Assembly (NCBI GenBank): GCA_030390025.1
Contig: CM059432.1
Coordinates: forward strand, 67,644,001 to 67,708,000
Direction: 5' to 3'
DNA length: 64,000 bases
From: Squalus acanthias
Lineage: Eukaryota
Part shown: positions 12,277-26,239 of the stretch, one piece after another
How the letters are laid out: every line of letters begins with the position of its first letter
Position numbering within the stretch: the stretch's first letter is position 1
The notes under the pieces: model-generated
What the model saw: only the letters and a program-made list of their open reading frames with translations
The model's database searches: none
Told to the model about the DNA's origin: nothing
Position numbers and translations under genes: made by a program

Positions 12277-14935
12277 CATAGAAACATAGAGACAAAGAAA
12301 AATAGGAGCAGGAGTAGGCCATTCGGCCCTTCGAGCCTGCTCCACCATTCAATATGATCATGACTGATCCTCTATCTCAATACCATATTCCCGCTCTCTC
12401 CCCATACCCCTTGATGCCTTTTGTGTCTAGAAATCTATCTATCTCCTTCTTAAATATATTCAGTGACTTGGCCTCCACAGCCTTCTGTGGTAGAGAATTC
12501 CAGAGGTTCACCACCCTTTGAGTGAAGAAATTTCTCCTCATCTCAGTCCTAAATGTCCTACCCCGTATCCTGAGACTGTGACCCCTCGTTCTAGACCCCC
12601 CCAGCCAGGGGAAACATCCTCCCTGCATCCAGTCTGTCTAGCCCTGTCAGAATTTTATACGTTTCAATGAGATCCCCTCTCATTCTTCTAAACTCTAGTA
12701 AATACAGGATTAGTCGACCCAATCTCTCCTCATACGACAGTCCTGCCATCCCAGGAATCAGTCTGGTGAACCTTCGCTGCACTCCCTCCATGGCAAGTAT
12801 ATCCTTTCTTAGGTAATTAGACCAAAACTGCACACAGTACTCCAGGTGTGGTCTCACCAAGGCCCTGTATAACTGTAGTAAGACATCCTTGCTCCTGTAC
12901 TCAAATCCTCATGCAATGAAGGCCAACATACCATTTGCCTTCCTAACTGCTTGCTGCACCAGCATGTTTGCTTTCAGTGGCTGGTGTACAAGGACACCCA
13001 GGTCCCTTTGTGCATCAACATTTCCTAATCTATCACCATTTAAATAATACTCTGCCTTTCTGTTTTTCCTAACGAAGTGGATAACTTCACATTTACCCAC
13101 GTTATACTATGTCTGCCACTCACTCAACTTGTCTAAATCACCTTGAAGCCTCTTTGCATCCTCCTCACAACTCACAACCCCACCTAGTTTCGTGTCGTCA
13201 GCAAACTTGGAAATATTACATTTGGTTCTTTCATCCAAATCATTGATATATATTGTGAATAGCTGGGGCCCAAGCACTGATCCCTGCGGTACCCCACTAG
13301 TCACTGCCTGCCACCCCGAAAAAGACCCATTTATTCCTACTCTCTGTTTCCTGCCTGTTAACCAATTTTCAATTCATGCCAGTATATTACACCCAATCCC
13401 ATGTGCTTTAATTTTGCACACTAACCTCTTATATGGGACTTTATCAAAGGCCTTCTGAAAATCCAAATACAACACATCCACTGGTTCTCCTTTATCTATT
13501 CTACCAGTTACATCCTCAAAAAACTCCAGTAGGTTTTTCAAACACGATTTCCCTTTCATAAATCCATGTTGACTTTGTCTAATCCCGTTGATATTTTCTA
13601 AGTGTCCTGTTATCACATCCTTTATAATAGACTCTAGCATTTTCCCTACTACTGATGTTAGGCTAACTGGTCTGTAGTTCCCTGTTTTCTCTCTCGCTCC
13701 TTTTTTAAATAGTGGGGTTACATTTGCCACCCTCCAATCTGCAGGAACTGTTCCATAATCTATAGAATTTTGGAAGATGACAACCAATGCATCCATTATT
13801 TCCATGGCTACCTCTTTTAGTACTCTGGGATGCAGATTATCAGGCCCTGGGGATTTATTGGCTTTCAGTCCCATTAATTTCTCCAGCACTATTTTTTTAC
13901 AAATACTAATTTCTTTTAATTCCTCCTTTTCACTAGATCCTTGGTTCCCTAGCATTTCTGGGAAGTTATTTGCGTCCTCTTCCGTGATGACAGAACCAAA
14001 GTATTTGTTTAATTGCTCAGCCATTTCCTTGTTCCCCATTATAAATTCTTCTGTTTCTGACTGTAAGGGACCTACATTTGTCTTCACTAATCTTTTTCTT
14101 TTTACATATTTGTAGAAGCTTTTACAGTCCGCTTTTATGTTCCTTGCAAGTTTACTCTCATACTCTATTTTTCCCCTCTTAATGAATCTCTTGGTCCTTT
14201 TTTGCTGAATTCTAAACTGCTCCCAATCCTCAGGCTTGCTTCTTTTTCTGGCAACTTTACATGACTCCTCTTTGGATCTAATACTATCCTTAATTTCTTT
14301 TGTTAGCCATTGTTGGGCCGCTTTTCCTTTTTTGTGTTTTTGCGCCAGAAAGGAATGTATAACTGATGCAATTCATGCATTTGTTCCTTAAATGTTAGCC
14401 ATTGCCGATCCACCGTCATGCCTTTTAATGAAGCTCCCCAATCTATCATAGCCAACTCCCTCCTCATACCTTTGTAGTTTCCTTTGTTTAGATTTAGGAC
14501 CCTAGTTTCGGATTCGACTTCTTCACTTTCTATCTTAATGAAGAATTCCATCATGTTATGGTCACTCTTCCCTAAAGGACCCCGCACAACAAGATTATTA
14601 ATTAACCCCTTCTCATTGCACAATACCCAATCTAGGATAGCCTGTTCCCTAGTTGGCTCCTCAATGTACTAGTCTAAAAAAACATCTCGTACACTCTCCA
14701 GGAATTCATCCTCCACAGTATTATTGCTAATTTGGATTGGCCAGTCTATAAGTAGATTAAAGTCACCCATGATTACTATAGTACCCTTGTTACATGCATC
14801 TCTAATTTCCTGTTTGATGCCATCCCCTACATTACCACTACTGATTGGAGGCCTATAGACAACTCCCACCAAAGTTTTCTGCCCCTTGGTGCTTCTTAGC
14901 TCCACCCAGACTGATTCTACATCTTTATTTTCTGA
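12277..14935 (-). mobile_element. CR1 LINE, 5'-truncated, frameshifted ORF2 (APE + RT)
   Basis: ORFs with [38 protein letters not shown]1 tail at 12277. Confidence 0.95.
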
Positions 14936-14994
14936 GCCAATAACCTTTCTATTACATTTATATATTTGAGCCCAATTTTACAAATCAACACTAC

Positions 14995-15140
14995 CTGCAC
15001 AGAGTTTTGCACACTGGGAACGGATATCAAGAGAGGTTGGGTACTGAGACCAGCAGGCCCTGCATAATGGCTGGAAAATCCTGTGAACTCCACTGAGCTC
15101 TGAACCTGAGTTTTCGATTTTTCTCTAGGTGGGCACAGCT
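14995..15140 (-). CDS. Candidate internal coding exon (LCPPREKSKTQVQ...SVQNSVQ)
   Basis: Acceptor tttcgctcttgttgcag and donor CAG|gtagtg; 146 nt, open, phase 1 to 0. Confidence 0.45.
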
Positions 15141-15944
15141 CTGCAACAAGAGCGAAAATATGTAAAATCTTTTTGTAATTGTATAGAAGCATAAATTGGT
15201 GCAAGATCACCACAATGTAGGAGGTATCAAGGTACTTCTATTAATGTTTATACTGTTGACATTTGCAAAAATTATGTATAGTTTTAATATTAAGTTGACA
15301 ACAGGATACATGTCTTTTAAGGGAGATACCCATTAGGAAGGATATGTGCAGTCTTTATTTTTCATTAGGTTGCTTTAACTGTATCACCTACGTGAGCAGA
15401 GTTTTGTAGCTGTGTATCCTCCATGGCTAAGGCATAGTATTCTTTTCTCAAGTAGGTCCAATGGGATTCAATCCTCTATGATCATTTTGTACAGTAAGCA
15501 GCAGGGGTGCACAATGTTCTTTCAATAACTAAACATGTAGCATTGGGCATTTTATTATCTTTCATTATATTTCAGGATTTTGTGGGGCAATTAGCTGACT
15601 TAATTATATTTTCACTATCTCACAATGGTTATCCATGTAGCCTGTTATCTCTCTCAGACATCCTGGGGCACAGTAAATTAAGACAGAAGAAATTACTCTC
15701 TGAACATTACAGTCGGTCTGCATATTCATGAAATGCAAATCTTTCTTATTCAGATACACAGAGGTATTGTCACTAGATGTTGTACCTCATTATATCTGCA
15801 TTCAATGATACATATTTAGTGGAAAACTAGTTAATACATGAAAGTGTAGTTTAGTAGCTAACTACTGCTCCTCTGCTTTTGCTACAATATGTTTTATGAC
15901 TTCACAATTAGAAATGCATCATTTATTACCTTCTAATAGAATCT

Positions 15945-18470
15945 AATTTCAATCACCATAAATCTGTGTCCTCTGGTTACTGACCTTTCTGTCACTGGAA
16001 ACAGTTTCTCCTTATTTATTCTATCAAAACCGTTCATGATTTTGAACACCTCCATCAAATCTCCTCTTAACCTTCTCTGCTTTATGGGGGAGCAACCCCA
16101 GATTCTCGAGCCTCTCCATGTAACTGAGGTCCCTCATCCCTGGTACCATTCTGGTAAATCTCCCCTGCACCCTCTATAAGGCCTTGACATCCTTCTTAAA
16201 GTGTGGTGCCCAGAATTGAACATAATACTCCAGCTGAGGCCTAACCAGTGTTTTATAAAGGTTTATCTAACTTCCTTGCTTTTGTACTCAATGCCTCTAT
16301 TAATAAACCAAGGATCCCGTATGCTTTTTTAACCGCTTTCTCAGCTTGTCCGGCCACCTTCAAAGTTTTGTGTACATACATCCCCAGGTCTCTCTGTTCA
16401 TGCACCCCCTGTAGGGGGTGGTGGTTTGTGTCAGCTTCACCTCTGACTTCTGAGTGGCTCGAATCGCTCCCACTCCCTTGGTTTAGACCTTGGACTTATT
16501 TGGGGGTTGCGATAAAAGGTGCAGCAGACAACTGAGTTTGATGAAAGAACTTCAATCTTTATTAAAAGGTAAAACACAATGACAACACTCTTAACACTCT
16601 GAAGGTGGGGAACACTTCGGTACAAGCGAGGGAAATGACAGTAGAACAATACTTCACCCCTCCCAACCCCACTTTACTAGCTAAGTTAGGCTTTGAAGGA
16701 CCAGGGATAGTGCTCACCAATCCTTTGACAGTTGGGCTAAATCGCGGTTTTTGGGGTTCGTTGTTTATGTTGGTTAGTGTCTGCCGTACCCCGTACGCGG
16801 TAGAGGACTTCACCTGCGTATCTGGTCAGTCTTCGCGAGTCCGCTGATGTGGTAGGATGTCGGTTTGGATTTATCTGGTGAGTACCCAATTTCTTTTGGT
16901 TAGCAATAGGGTTTAGAGTCTTTGGGAAAATCTTACTCGGGTAAGTCAGGAGTAGATTGTAGAGTGGAAACTTTGCGGTTCTTCGGGTTTTCTTCCCTTG
17001 AGTTGGTCTTTGTTGGTCACGGTGGCCCGCTATTACCCGGTTAGTTGGGGGTAATATGCGGTTATTGGTTTCGTGAGGCCTTTGGTTTCCGCGATGCTTT
17101 TAGGCCTTGTCTAGTGTGTCGGTCGACCTCGTGGAGCCGTCGGTGGCTTTTCGGCTTGTTGCTCCGGGTGACTGTGTTGGGACCGTTGTTGGAGGTCCGT
17201 CGAGGTGGTATCTTCACGAGCTGGACTCAGGTGTGTCTGAGTGGTGAGCGATGCCGACTCGCTTCCAGCTCGACTTGGGTCTGTGATGTTGCTCCTTGTC
17301 TCCACACTCGACTGTGTGTGTGATGCTGATGACCCGCTTGTCTCGACTGTCGAACCGCTTAACAGGCCTTCAATTATACCAAATTGAAGTGGCCTTATCT
17401 GCCCGCCAAATCTGCTCAGTTTATTGTCTGGTTTTGGCGGGCTCGTTAACGGTAACGACTTTACTAGCGTGTTAACTGGTTTTCAACAGGCCTTCAATCT
17501 CACCCATTGAACATGGCCTTATCTGCACGCCAAATCTTGTCTTACTCTTTGTAAGGTTTTGGCGGGCTCGTCACCAGTAACTGCTCTGTAAGTGTGAAAT
17601 GGTTTTTGGGATGACTTGCATCCTGACGATTTCCATGGTTGATCACTGGTGATTGGTTTCGTGTTTGGTTTTCTAGGCTGGACTCGGTCTTTCTATAGAA
17701 TGGGTCTGAGTGGTTTTTATTATGCATGTTTCTGATGGGCCCTGTAATCGGTTTTGATGGGGCCTGTATTTTGGGTGGGACTGTCTTTTCCCTGGGTCTA
17801 TTGTTCAAATGTTAATGTCTGCTGGGGCTTGAGTGAGGTCATCCTGGTTCCCCAGGCAGTGTAATTAACTGCAATAGTCAAACTGCTTTTACAGAGGTCG
17901 AGCCCACCTCCTTGTCCCTTTACAGGTCCAGACATGTTTTTAAAATGCCAAAACTTGGTTTTTGGTCTTAAATTCCTTAGGTTAGGCCCAAATACATTTT
18001 TATCACTCTAAGGTAGTTCCAAAGTCCTTTTTCCTTAGGGTTTGGGGATCTGTAAATTTTGGAAACCTTACACCCCTTCAAATTTGTACCAATTAGTTTA
18101 TATTACCTCTCCTCATTCTTCCTACCAAAATGTATCATTTCACACTTCTATGTGTTAAATTTCATCTGCCATGAGTCTGCCCATTTCACCAGTCTGTCTA
18201 TGTTCTCCTGAAGTTTGTTACTCACCTCCTCATTGTTTACTACATTTCCAAATTTCATATCAACTGCAAACTTTGAAATTATGCCCTGTGTACACAAGTC
18301 CAAGTGATCAATACATATCAAAAAGAGCAGTGGTCCTAATTCCGATCACTGGAGAACACGCTTCCTCCAATCTGAAAAACAACCGTTCACCACTTCTCTC
18401 TGCTTTCTGTCCCTTAGCCAATTCTGTATCCACGCTGCCACTGTCCTTTTAATCCCATGGGCTTCAATTT
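15945..18470 (-). mobile_element. CR1 RT fragment interrupted by LTR 16410-18072
   Basis: CR1 sequence reads continuously across the LTR insertion. Confidence 0.85.
16410..18072 (-). mobile_element. Solo LTR, family 2 copy B, 1.66 kb
   Basis: TGTA...TACA termini; TSD CCCC; minus-strand AATAAA at 16558-16563; internal ~95-bp duplication (about 17360-17455 and 17485-17580). Confidence 0.9.
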
Positions 18471-18524
18471 AATAAAGGGTATCTATCTGAAACATTAGCC
18501 TTTCTTTTCTCTTTTCAGATGTTT

Positions 18525-21500
18525 TTTAATAATTCGTTTATGGGATGTGGGCGTCGCTGGCAAGGCCAGCATTTATTGCCCATCCCTAATTGCCCTTTAG
18601 AAGGTGGTGGTGAGCCGCCTTCTTAAACCGCTGCAGTCCGTGTGGTGAAGGTACTCCCACAGTGCTGTTAGGTAGGGAGTTCCAGGATTTTGACCCAGCG
18701 ACGATGAAGGAATGGCGATATACTTCTAAGTCAGGATGGTGTGTGACTCGGAGGGGAACTTGGAGGTGGTGGTGTTCCCATGCGCCTGCTGCCCTTGTCC
18801 TTCTAGGTGGAAGAGGTCGCGGGTTTGGGAGGTGCTGCCGAAGAAGCCTTGGCGAGTTGCTGCAGTGCATCTTGTAGATGATACACACTGCAGCCACGGT
18901 ACACCGGTGGTGGAGGGAGTGAACGTTTAAGGTGGTAGATGGGGTGCCAATCAAGCGGGCTGCTTTGTCCTGAATAGTGTTGAGTTTCTTGAGTGTTGTT
19001 GGAGCTGCACTCATCCAGGCAAATGGAGAGTATTCCATCACACTCCTTACTTGTGCCTTGTAGATGGTAGAAAGGCTTTGGGGAGTCAGGAGGTGAGACA
19101 CTTGCCGCAGAATACCAAGCCTCTGACCTGCTCTTGTTGCCTCAGTATTTATGTGGCTGGTCCAGTTAAGTTTCTGGTCAATGGTGACCCCCAGGATGTT
19201 GATGGTGGGGGATTCGGCGATGGTAATGCCATTGAATGTCAAGGAACGGTGGTTAGACTCTCGCTTGTTGGAGATAGTCATTGCCTAGCACTTCTGTGGC
19301 GCGAATGTTACCTGCCGCTTATCAGCCGAAGCCTGAACGTCGTCCAGGCCTTGTTACATGCGGGCATGGACTGCTTCATTATCTGAGGAGTTGTAAATGG
19401 CACTGAACACTGTGCAGTCATCAGCGAACATCCCCATTTCCTGCGATATCCTGGGGCTGAGATGATTGAACTTCAACCACCACAACCATCTTCCTTTGTG
19501 TTAGGTATGACTCCAGCAAGTGGAGCGTTTTCCCCCCGATTCCATCGACTTCAGTTTTACTAGGGCTCCTTGATGCCACACTCGGTCAAATGCTGCCTTG
19601 ATGTCAAGAGCAGTCACTCTCACCTCACCTCTGGAATTTAGCTCTTTTGTCCATGTTTGGACCAAGGCTGTAATGAGGTCGGGAGCTGAGTGATCTTGGT
19701 GGAACCCAAACTGGGCATCAGTGAGCAGGTTATTGGTGAGTAAGTGCCGCTTGATAGCACTGTCGATGACACCTTCCATCACTTTGCTGATGATTGAAAG
19801 TAGACTGATGGGGCGGTAATTGGCCGGGTTGGATTTGTCTTGCATTTTGTGGACAGGACATACCTGGGCAGTTTCCACATTGTTGGACAGATGCTAGTGT
19901 TGTAGTTGTACTGGAACAGCTTGGCTAGAGGCGCGGCTAGTTCTGGAGCACAAGTCTTCAGCACGATAGCCGGGATGTTGTCAGGGTCCATAGCCTTTGC
20001 TATATCCAGTGCGCTCAACCATTTCTTGATATCACGTGGAGTGAATGAAATTGGCCGAAGACTGGCTTCTGTGATGGTGGGGACCTCAGGAGGAGGCCGA
20101 TATGGATCATCTAATCGGCACTTCTGGCTAAAGATTGTTGCAAACGCTTCAGCCTTGTCTTTTGCACTCACCTGCTGGGCTCCACCATCATTGAGGATGG
20201 GGATATTCATGGAGCCTCCTCCTCCCATTAGTTGTTTAATGGTCCACCACCATTCACGACTGGATGTGGCAGGACTGCAGAGCTTTGATCTGATCCGTTG
20301 ATTGTGGGATCGCTTAGCCCTGTTTATAGCATGCTGCTTCCGCTTTTAAGCATGCATGTAGTCCTGTGTTGCAGCTTCCCCAGATTGGCACCTCATTTTT
20401 AGGTACGCCTGGTGCTGCTCCTGACATGCTTTTCTACACTGCTTATTGAACCAGAGTTGGTCCCCTGGCTTTTTGGTAATGGTAGAGTGGGCCATGAGGT
20501 TACAGATTGTGGTGGAAAACAATTCTGCTGCTGCTGATGGCCCAGTTTTGAGCTGCTAGATCTGTTCTGAATCTATCCCATTTAGCATGGTAGTAGTGCC
20601 ACACAACATGATGGAGGGAGTCCTCAGTATGAAGACGGGACTTTGTCTCCACTGTGCGGTGGTCACTGCTACCAATGCTGTCATGGACAGATGCATCTGC
20701 GACAGGTAGATTGGTGAGGACGAGGTCAAGTAGGTTTTTTCCTCGTGTTGGTTCTCTCACCGCCTGTCGCAGGCCCAGACTGGCAGCTATGACCTTCAGG
20801 ACTCGGCCAGCTCGGTCAGTAGTGGTGCTACTGAGCCACTCTTGGTGATGGACATTGAAGTCCCCCATCCAGAGTACATTCTGTGCCCTTGCTACTCTCA
20901 GTGCTTTCTTCCAAGTGGTGTTCAACATGGCGGAGTACTGATTCATCAGCTGAGGGAGGGTGGTAAGTGATAATCAACAGGAGGTTTCCTTGCCCATGCT
21001 TGACCTGAAGCCATGAGACTTCATGGGGTCCAGAGCCAATGTTGAGGACTCCCAGGGCCACTCCTTCCTGACCGTATACCACTGTGCCGCCACCCCTGGT
21101 GGGTCTGTCCTACCGGTGGGACAGGACATTCCCAGAGATGGTGATGGAGGAGTTTGGGACATTGGCTTAAAGGTATGATTCTGTGAGTATGACTATGTCA
21201 GGCTGTTGCTTGACTAGTCTGTGGGACAGCTCTCACACTTTTGGCACAAATCCCTAGATGTTAGTAATGAGGACTTTGCAGGGTTGACTGGCCTGGGTGT
21301 GCTGTTGCTGTGTCCATAGCCGGTGCTGAGGTCGATGCGAGGTGGTCCGTCTGGTTTCATTCTTCGTAACGGTTTGTTACAACTGAGTGACTTGCTGGGC
21401 CATTTCAGAGGGCAGTTAAGAGTCAACCACATTGCTGTGGGTCTGGAGTCACATATAGGCCAGACCAGGTAAGGACGGCAGATTTTCTTCCCTAAAGGAC

Positions 21501-21682
21501 ATTAGTGAACCAGATGGGTTTTTACAACAATCCGGTAGTTTCATTGGTACCATTACTGATACTAGCTTTTTATTCCAGATTTATTTAATTAACTGAATTT
21601 AAATTGAACTCACGTCTCTGGATCATTAGTCCAGACTTCTGGATTACTAACCCAGTGACATTACCACTACGCTACCGTTCCC
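18525..21682 (-). mobile_element. CR1-group LINE (APE-RT) with tRNA/SINE-like 5' head, full length
   Basis: ORF pieces with GDFNVHH, SDH, NYRPISLL, ALDIKAAFDRVWH; 5' end GGGAACGGTAGCGTAGTGG (A box); same structure as 36325-39345. Confidence 0.85.
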
Positions 21683-23043
21683 TGCTTTGAACTTCCAGCA
21701 GTTTCTGATTTTATTTCAGAGTTTCTGCATTTGTACTATTTTTTCAAATTATCATCATTCATAATCTCGTGTTTTTCTTCCATTTCAAGCCAATTTTTAA
21801 ATCAGCTCTTTGTCTTTCTTGCCTTTGTCATGTATGTAGTCCTGTATTAGATGAGCTTTGTGTACCGTGGAGCATGCCAGAATTTCAAATTCAGATAATA
21901 GGCTATTAAATCCATCAGCTGTTGTTTTTTGAATGTAGTCAGCAGATTTGATATCTGGATCTTAACTTGCCATTCATTCCTCCTCTCTTTGTTTCCTTGG
22001 ACATGTCCCTGTAAAAGTGGCTTCTTACCCTGACTGTGCCAGTCTGATTAAGGGTTTCCTGAGAAACAGTCCTTTTTTTTCCCGATGCTGACTGCTCTGC
22101 TATATATTTCCAGCATTTTCTGTTTTTCATCATTGACAGTTGTTTATTTTTATTTGGTCCTATTCCATATATTCATTGAATGAAAATAAAACACAGAAAA
22201 TTACTCCTTAATATCATTAGAGGTGTAATCATAATCTGGTGATGATCAATTCTGTTGTCAGCCCTGTGCCTATCAACAAACGGCACCTTCCTCAGCCCAA
22301 GCATCGCCTTGAAGGTGAATTCCTGTTTCCATTCGAGACTCATTGCTTTCTGGCACTGAAGTGGAATATCTGGGCTTGATAGCTGCTCGATTGTGTGAGG
22401 ATTGCTGGTGTTCAGTTAGACCTCGGTTCTACAGCCCTTCTTTCACAGAATGCTGATTTGGAGCTCATTCCAAATATTAAAAGAACTGATCTGAAGCCAA
22501 TAAGAGGGATATTAGGGAAGATTATAGAAAATAAATTAACAGCATCAATCAAAATCATTGCAATAGCAATTACGAGCCTGTCAGTTTGACAATTATAGTG
22601 AGAAAAATATTAGTGCATTCTAAAGTAGAAAGTCATTCAAGAGTATCTAGCAAGAGTAAGATTATTAAATGTAAGCCAGCATAGGCTCATGAAGAATAGG
22701 ACATGCCTCACAAAATTATTTGAATTCTTTCAGAGTGTAAGGATGTGGATATTATGGACCTTGAATTTGAGGAAGCATGTGGCAGTGTTCCTCACAAGCG
22801 ATTTATAGCCAATGTAAAAACTCATGAGGTTGAAAAACAAAGTTATACAATTTTTGTCGTACATGATTAATTGTCCAGATAATGAGGAACAGAGGCTACT
22901 TATCAGTGGTAATATTTGTAATTGGATGCTATGAGCAGCAAAGTTCATCCGGGTTCAGACCACTGATGACTGCTATACTTAACAGTAAAAAAATGAGAAG
23001 TCGCACAACACCAGGTTATAGTCCAAACAGTTTTATTTGAAAT

Positions 23044-23076
23044 TACGAGCCTTCGGAGCTCTGCTCCTTCTTCAGG
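23044..23076 (-). ncRNA. Minimal hammerhead ribozyme motif of Penelope 3' end (GAAA changed to GAAG)
   Basis: Minus strand CUGAAGA-A-GGAGC-AGA-GCUCC-GAAG-GCU. Confidence 0.7.
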
Positions 23077-23300
23077 TACAGGTACAGTGAGGGAATACAA
23101 ATCGATTACACAGTATATAGAGACAGAGAACAATGTGTCTGCAGAGATACAATCCGTCAGGGAGACACATCAAAGATACATCAGAGTACAGCTAAGACAA
23201 TGAGGTGGGTCACAGGGGGTCCAACATGTCAAATGCTGCCGTCTGCAGTTAAGCTTTTAACTTTTTTTTAAAAACTGGAAAAACAGACAACGATGTTGAG

Positions 23301-23967
23301 TCACGTTCTGTAGCGTGACATGAAGCCGAGATCCCGGTTGAGGCCGTCCTCATGGGTGCGGAACTTGGCTATCAGTTTCTGCTCGATGATTTTGCGTTGT
23401 CGTGTGTCTCGAAGGCCGCCTTGGAGAACGCTAACCCACAGATCCGAGGCTGAATGTCCTTGACTGCTGAAGTGTTCCCCGACTGGGAGGTAACAATCCT
23501 GCCTGGCGATTGTTGCGCGGTGTCCGTTCATACGTTGTCTCAGTGTCTGCATGGTCTCGCCGATGTACCATGCCGCGGTGCATTCTTTCCTGCAACGTAT
23601 GAGGTAGACAACGTTGGCCGAGTCACATGAGTATGTACCATGTACCTGGTGGGTAGTGTCCTCACGTGTGATGATGGTATCTGTGTTGATGATCTGGCAT
23701 GTCTTGCAGAGGTTGCCGTGGCAGGGTTGTGTGGTGTCGTGGTCGCTGTTCTCCTGACAGCTGGGTAATTTGCTGCGAACGATGGTACTTTTGAGGTTAG
23801 GCAGCTGCTTGAAGGTGAGTAGTGGAGGCGTGGGGATGGCCTTAGCAAGGTGTTCGTCGTCATCGATGACATGTTGAAGGCTGCGAAGAACATGGCATAG
23901 TTTCTCCGCTCCGGGGAAGTACTGGACGACGTAGGGCACTCTGTTGGTTGTGTCCTGTGTTCGCCTT
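23301..23967 (-). CDS. Penelope GIY-YIG endonuclease, C-terminal part of the ORF
   Basis: CKTC...NVVYLIRC...WYIGET...LRQRMNGHR...VGEHF...E...GLNRD. Confidence 0.9.
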
Positions 23968-24125
23968 CTTAACAGTGACCTTGGATGAAGATCTTGTTTG
24001 GAGAATGCTAATTTTATGGTTGACACCAACTTGAATGGAAAAATTGGATATTCAATTGACAAGAATATTATTCTAAGAATTCTTCATTGAACAAATTAAT
24101 ATAAGACTAAAACATGTAAGATAAT

Positions 24126-24844
24126 GGCCCAGAAATTCGGGTCGGAGGCTTCCCGCGGGTGCAAGCATAGCGGGTGCACTTACATAGCGCGCCTGCCGTT
24201 GTGCTGTGGGCCCGCGTGGGATTCCGATCCTGGGCCTCCTCCAGCTGCCGATGTGCAGTGCTCGCATTTCCCAGCGGCGCAACTAGTTCGCACCGTCCCC
24301 TGTGATCACGTGGTCCATGGGGAGCCAATCGGAGCAGGGAATCTCCATTCATAGATTTGACAGGAAGACCTAAGTAAAACTTGAAATAAATTAAAAAAAA
24401 AAAAATCATATTTTAAAAATAACTATAAATAACATAAATTAACTATTTCAAACAAAAATTTAAATTTTTGAAAAAATGTATTAAAGTTTTTAACGGGGCT
24501 AAAAATAAACTTTCTTTAAAGTATTTAAAAATGATAAGCCTGTGGAAAAAATGTTTCAATTTTACTTAATTCACCTCTTACCTTGTTAAAAGCAGGCCTT
24601 GCGCTTGCTTTTTCCATGCGCAGCTGCTAGGGACTTACCCGCACGGAAAAACCTGTAAAAAAGCGGAAGTTCGATGCGTACGCGCTGCCTCTCCCGCGCA
24701 CGCGGTTGACCCGCGAACCCCTTCCTTCAAGAGACCGGAAGTTCCGGTTTTCCGTGCATGCGCAGTGCATGCGCGAAACCGGCACTTCCGGTGGCCCTAC
24801 GGGTGAGTACAGTACTCACCCGTGGGGACCCGAATTTCTCGGCC
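24126..24844. mobile_element. Harbinger-type MITE, family X copy 1
   Basis: TIRs GGCCCAGAAATTCGGGTC / GACCCGAATTTCTCGGCC; TSD AAT; homologous to 27652-28396. Confidence 0.9.
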
Positions 24845-25315
24845 AATGTATAGCAAAGCTAGAAATAAGAATAAAAAAAACAAAAAAATGAAAACGTTGG
24901 AAATCTGAAACAAAAACTGAAATATACACCTGAAACATAGGGCCATAATTTGCTGTGGCAAGTCATCTAACAGTGTCCGCTATTAGACATGCCCTTGCAC
25001 ATTTAGGTTTTTAAATTTTTGCATGGCAAGTTGCTGAAAGTGCGAGCTGATAACGTCACAGTGAGAAAAACTGGGCATCTGGGACCTCAGTGAACAGGGC
25101 AAGCAAATGTGTATCTCCTTAACCAATCAGATTGAAGGATTGTGAAATTAACAGCGCAAGGACTGAGAAGGAAGTGTAAATTAGAGTGGGTGAATTCAAT
25201 GTCAAATCAGGTACAGAAAGAGAAATAAAAAAAGGGTAAGAAAGATTGGATTAAGAGAGAGAAAAAAATAGACAGAAAAGAAAAGTAAAAAAAAAGTTGT
25301 AATTTTAAATTCTAA

Positions 25316-26198
25316 GGGAGAAAAATTCGGTTGGTTTGTGCCTCCTGTTAGCGCCTTACAAGGGCGCTAATGGGACGCAAAGCAACTAGCGCCCGTGCAC
25401 AGCGATGTTTGCGCCGCTCACGAAATTGACTAGACATTTTGCGGCGGCGCTAAACAATACCACCACGATCTCCTGCGCCCACAGATCGTGACGTCAGTCG
25501 AGCATGCAACGCCCCGGTAGCGCCCCGGACCAGATATTGAGTGGCACCCCTTGTCTTACCACCTGCCGCTAGCAATGACAGGTTGAGGGGAGCGTTTTGC
25601 AGTCGGGAAGGGACTGGGGGAGCGCTATTTAAAGGCGACCGCTTTCTGCCTTTTTATTTTCCGGCAAAACTTTTTCACCACGCTGTCTGAGTGAGAGAGA
25701 GACACTGCAGGAGATATTCAGAGCTCTGTTGAGGAGTTTTGGGTACTGAGCAGCACTTTGCAGGTTCTTTTTTATTTGATCTTCCTTGCATAGATTTAGA
25801 AGAGACTGTGGGGGCTGCACTCTGAGCTCTTTCCCTTGCCTCTCCATTGTTCTTTCCAACAGATTTGATGTACAGGTCTCTCCAGGCCTAGATTCAAAGC
25901 TGCAATGAGCAGGGTGTGGATGGAGAGCAACATCGACCTTCCCCTTTAAGAACTGGCCGGCGCCAGTGTGTCTGTGTTCCATTGCTGACTGACATCACAT
26001 GAGCTTCGCCAGTGCTCTGAGTTAGCGCCTCGCTCCTCGGCCTTTGCGCCTTAAGACAGGTGTGATTTAGCGCTCCAATCACCTCCAGGGGTGATAAAAG
26101 CCAAGTTTGCAGTCTGAGGCGATAATTAGCGCCAGGCGCTAAACTTTGTGCCCGGCCGATAATCGCGCCCCAAACGGGGCGATACTGAATTTCTCCCC
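25316..26198. mobile_element. Harbinger MITE, family Y copy 1
   Basis: TAA TSD on both sides; GGG..AAATTC TIRs; homologous to 60102-60997. Confidence 0.9.
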
Positions 26199-26239
26199 TA
26201 AATTTCTTAAATCTTCAACAACAATTAATACCTGAAGTA

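Larger units (their letters stand above)
22990..23967 (-). mobile_element. Penelope-like element, 3' part
   Basis: GIY-YIG coding region followed by a hammerhead-like motif and AATAAA. Confidence 0.9.

Noticed and set aside
22277..22490. Exon-like segment on the minus strand
   Set aside because: Stop codons in all three frames from the best acceptor; not supportable as coding.
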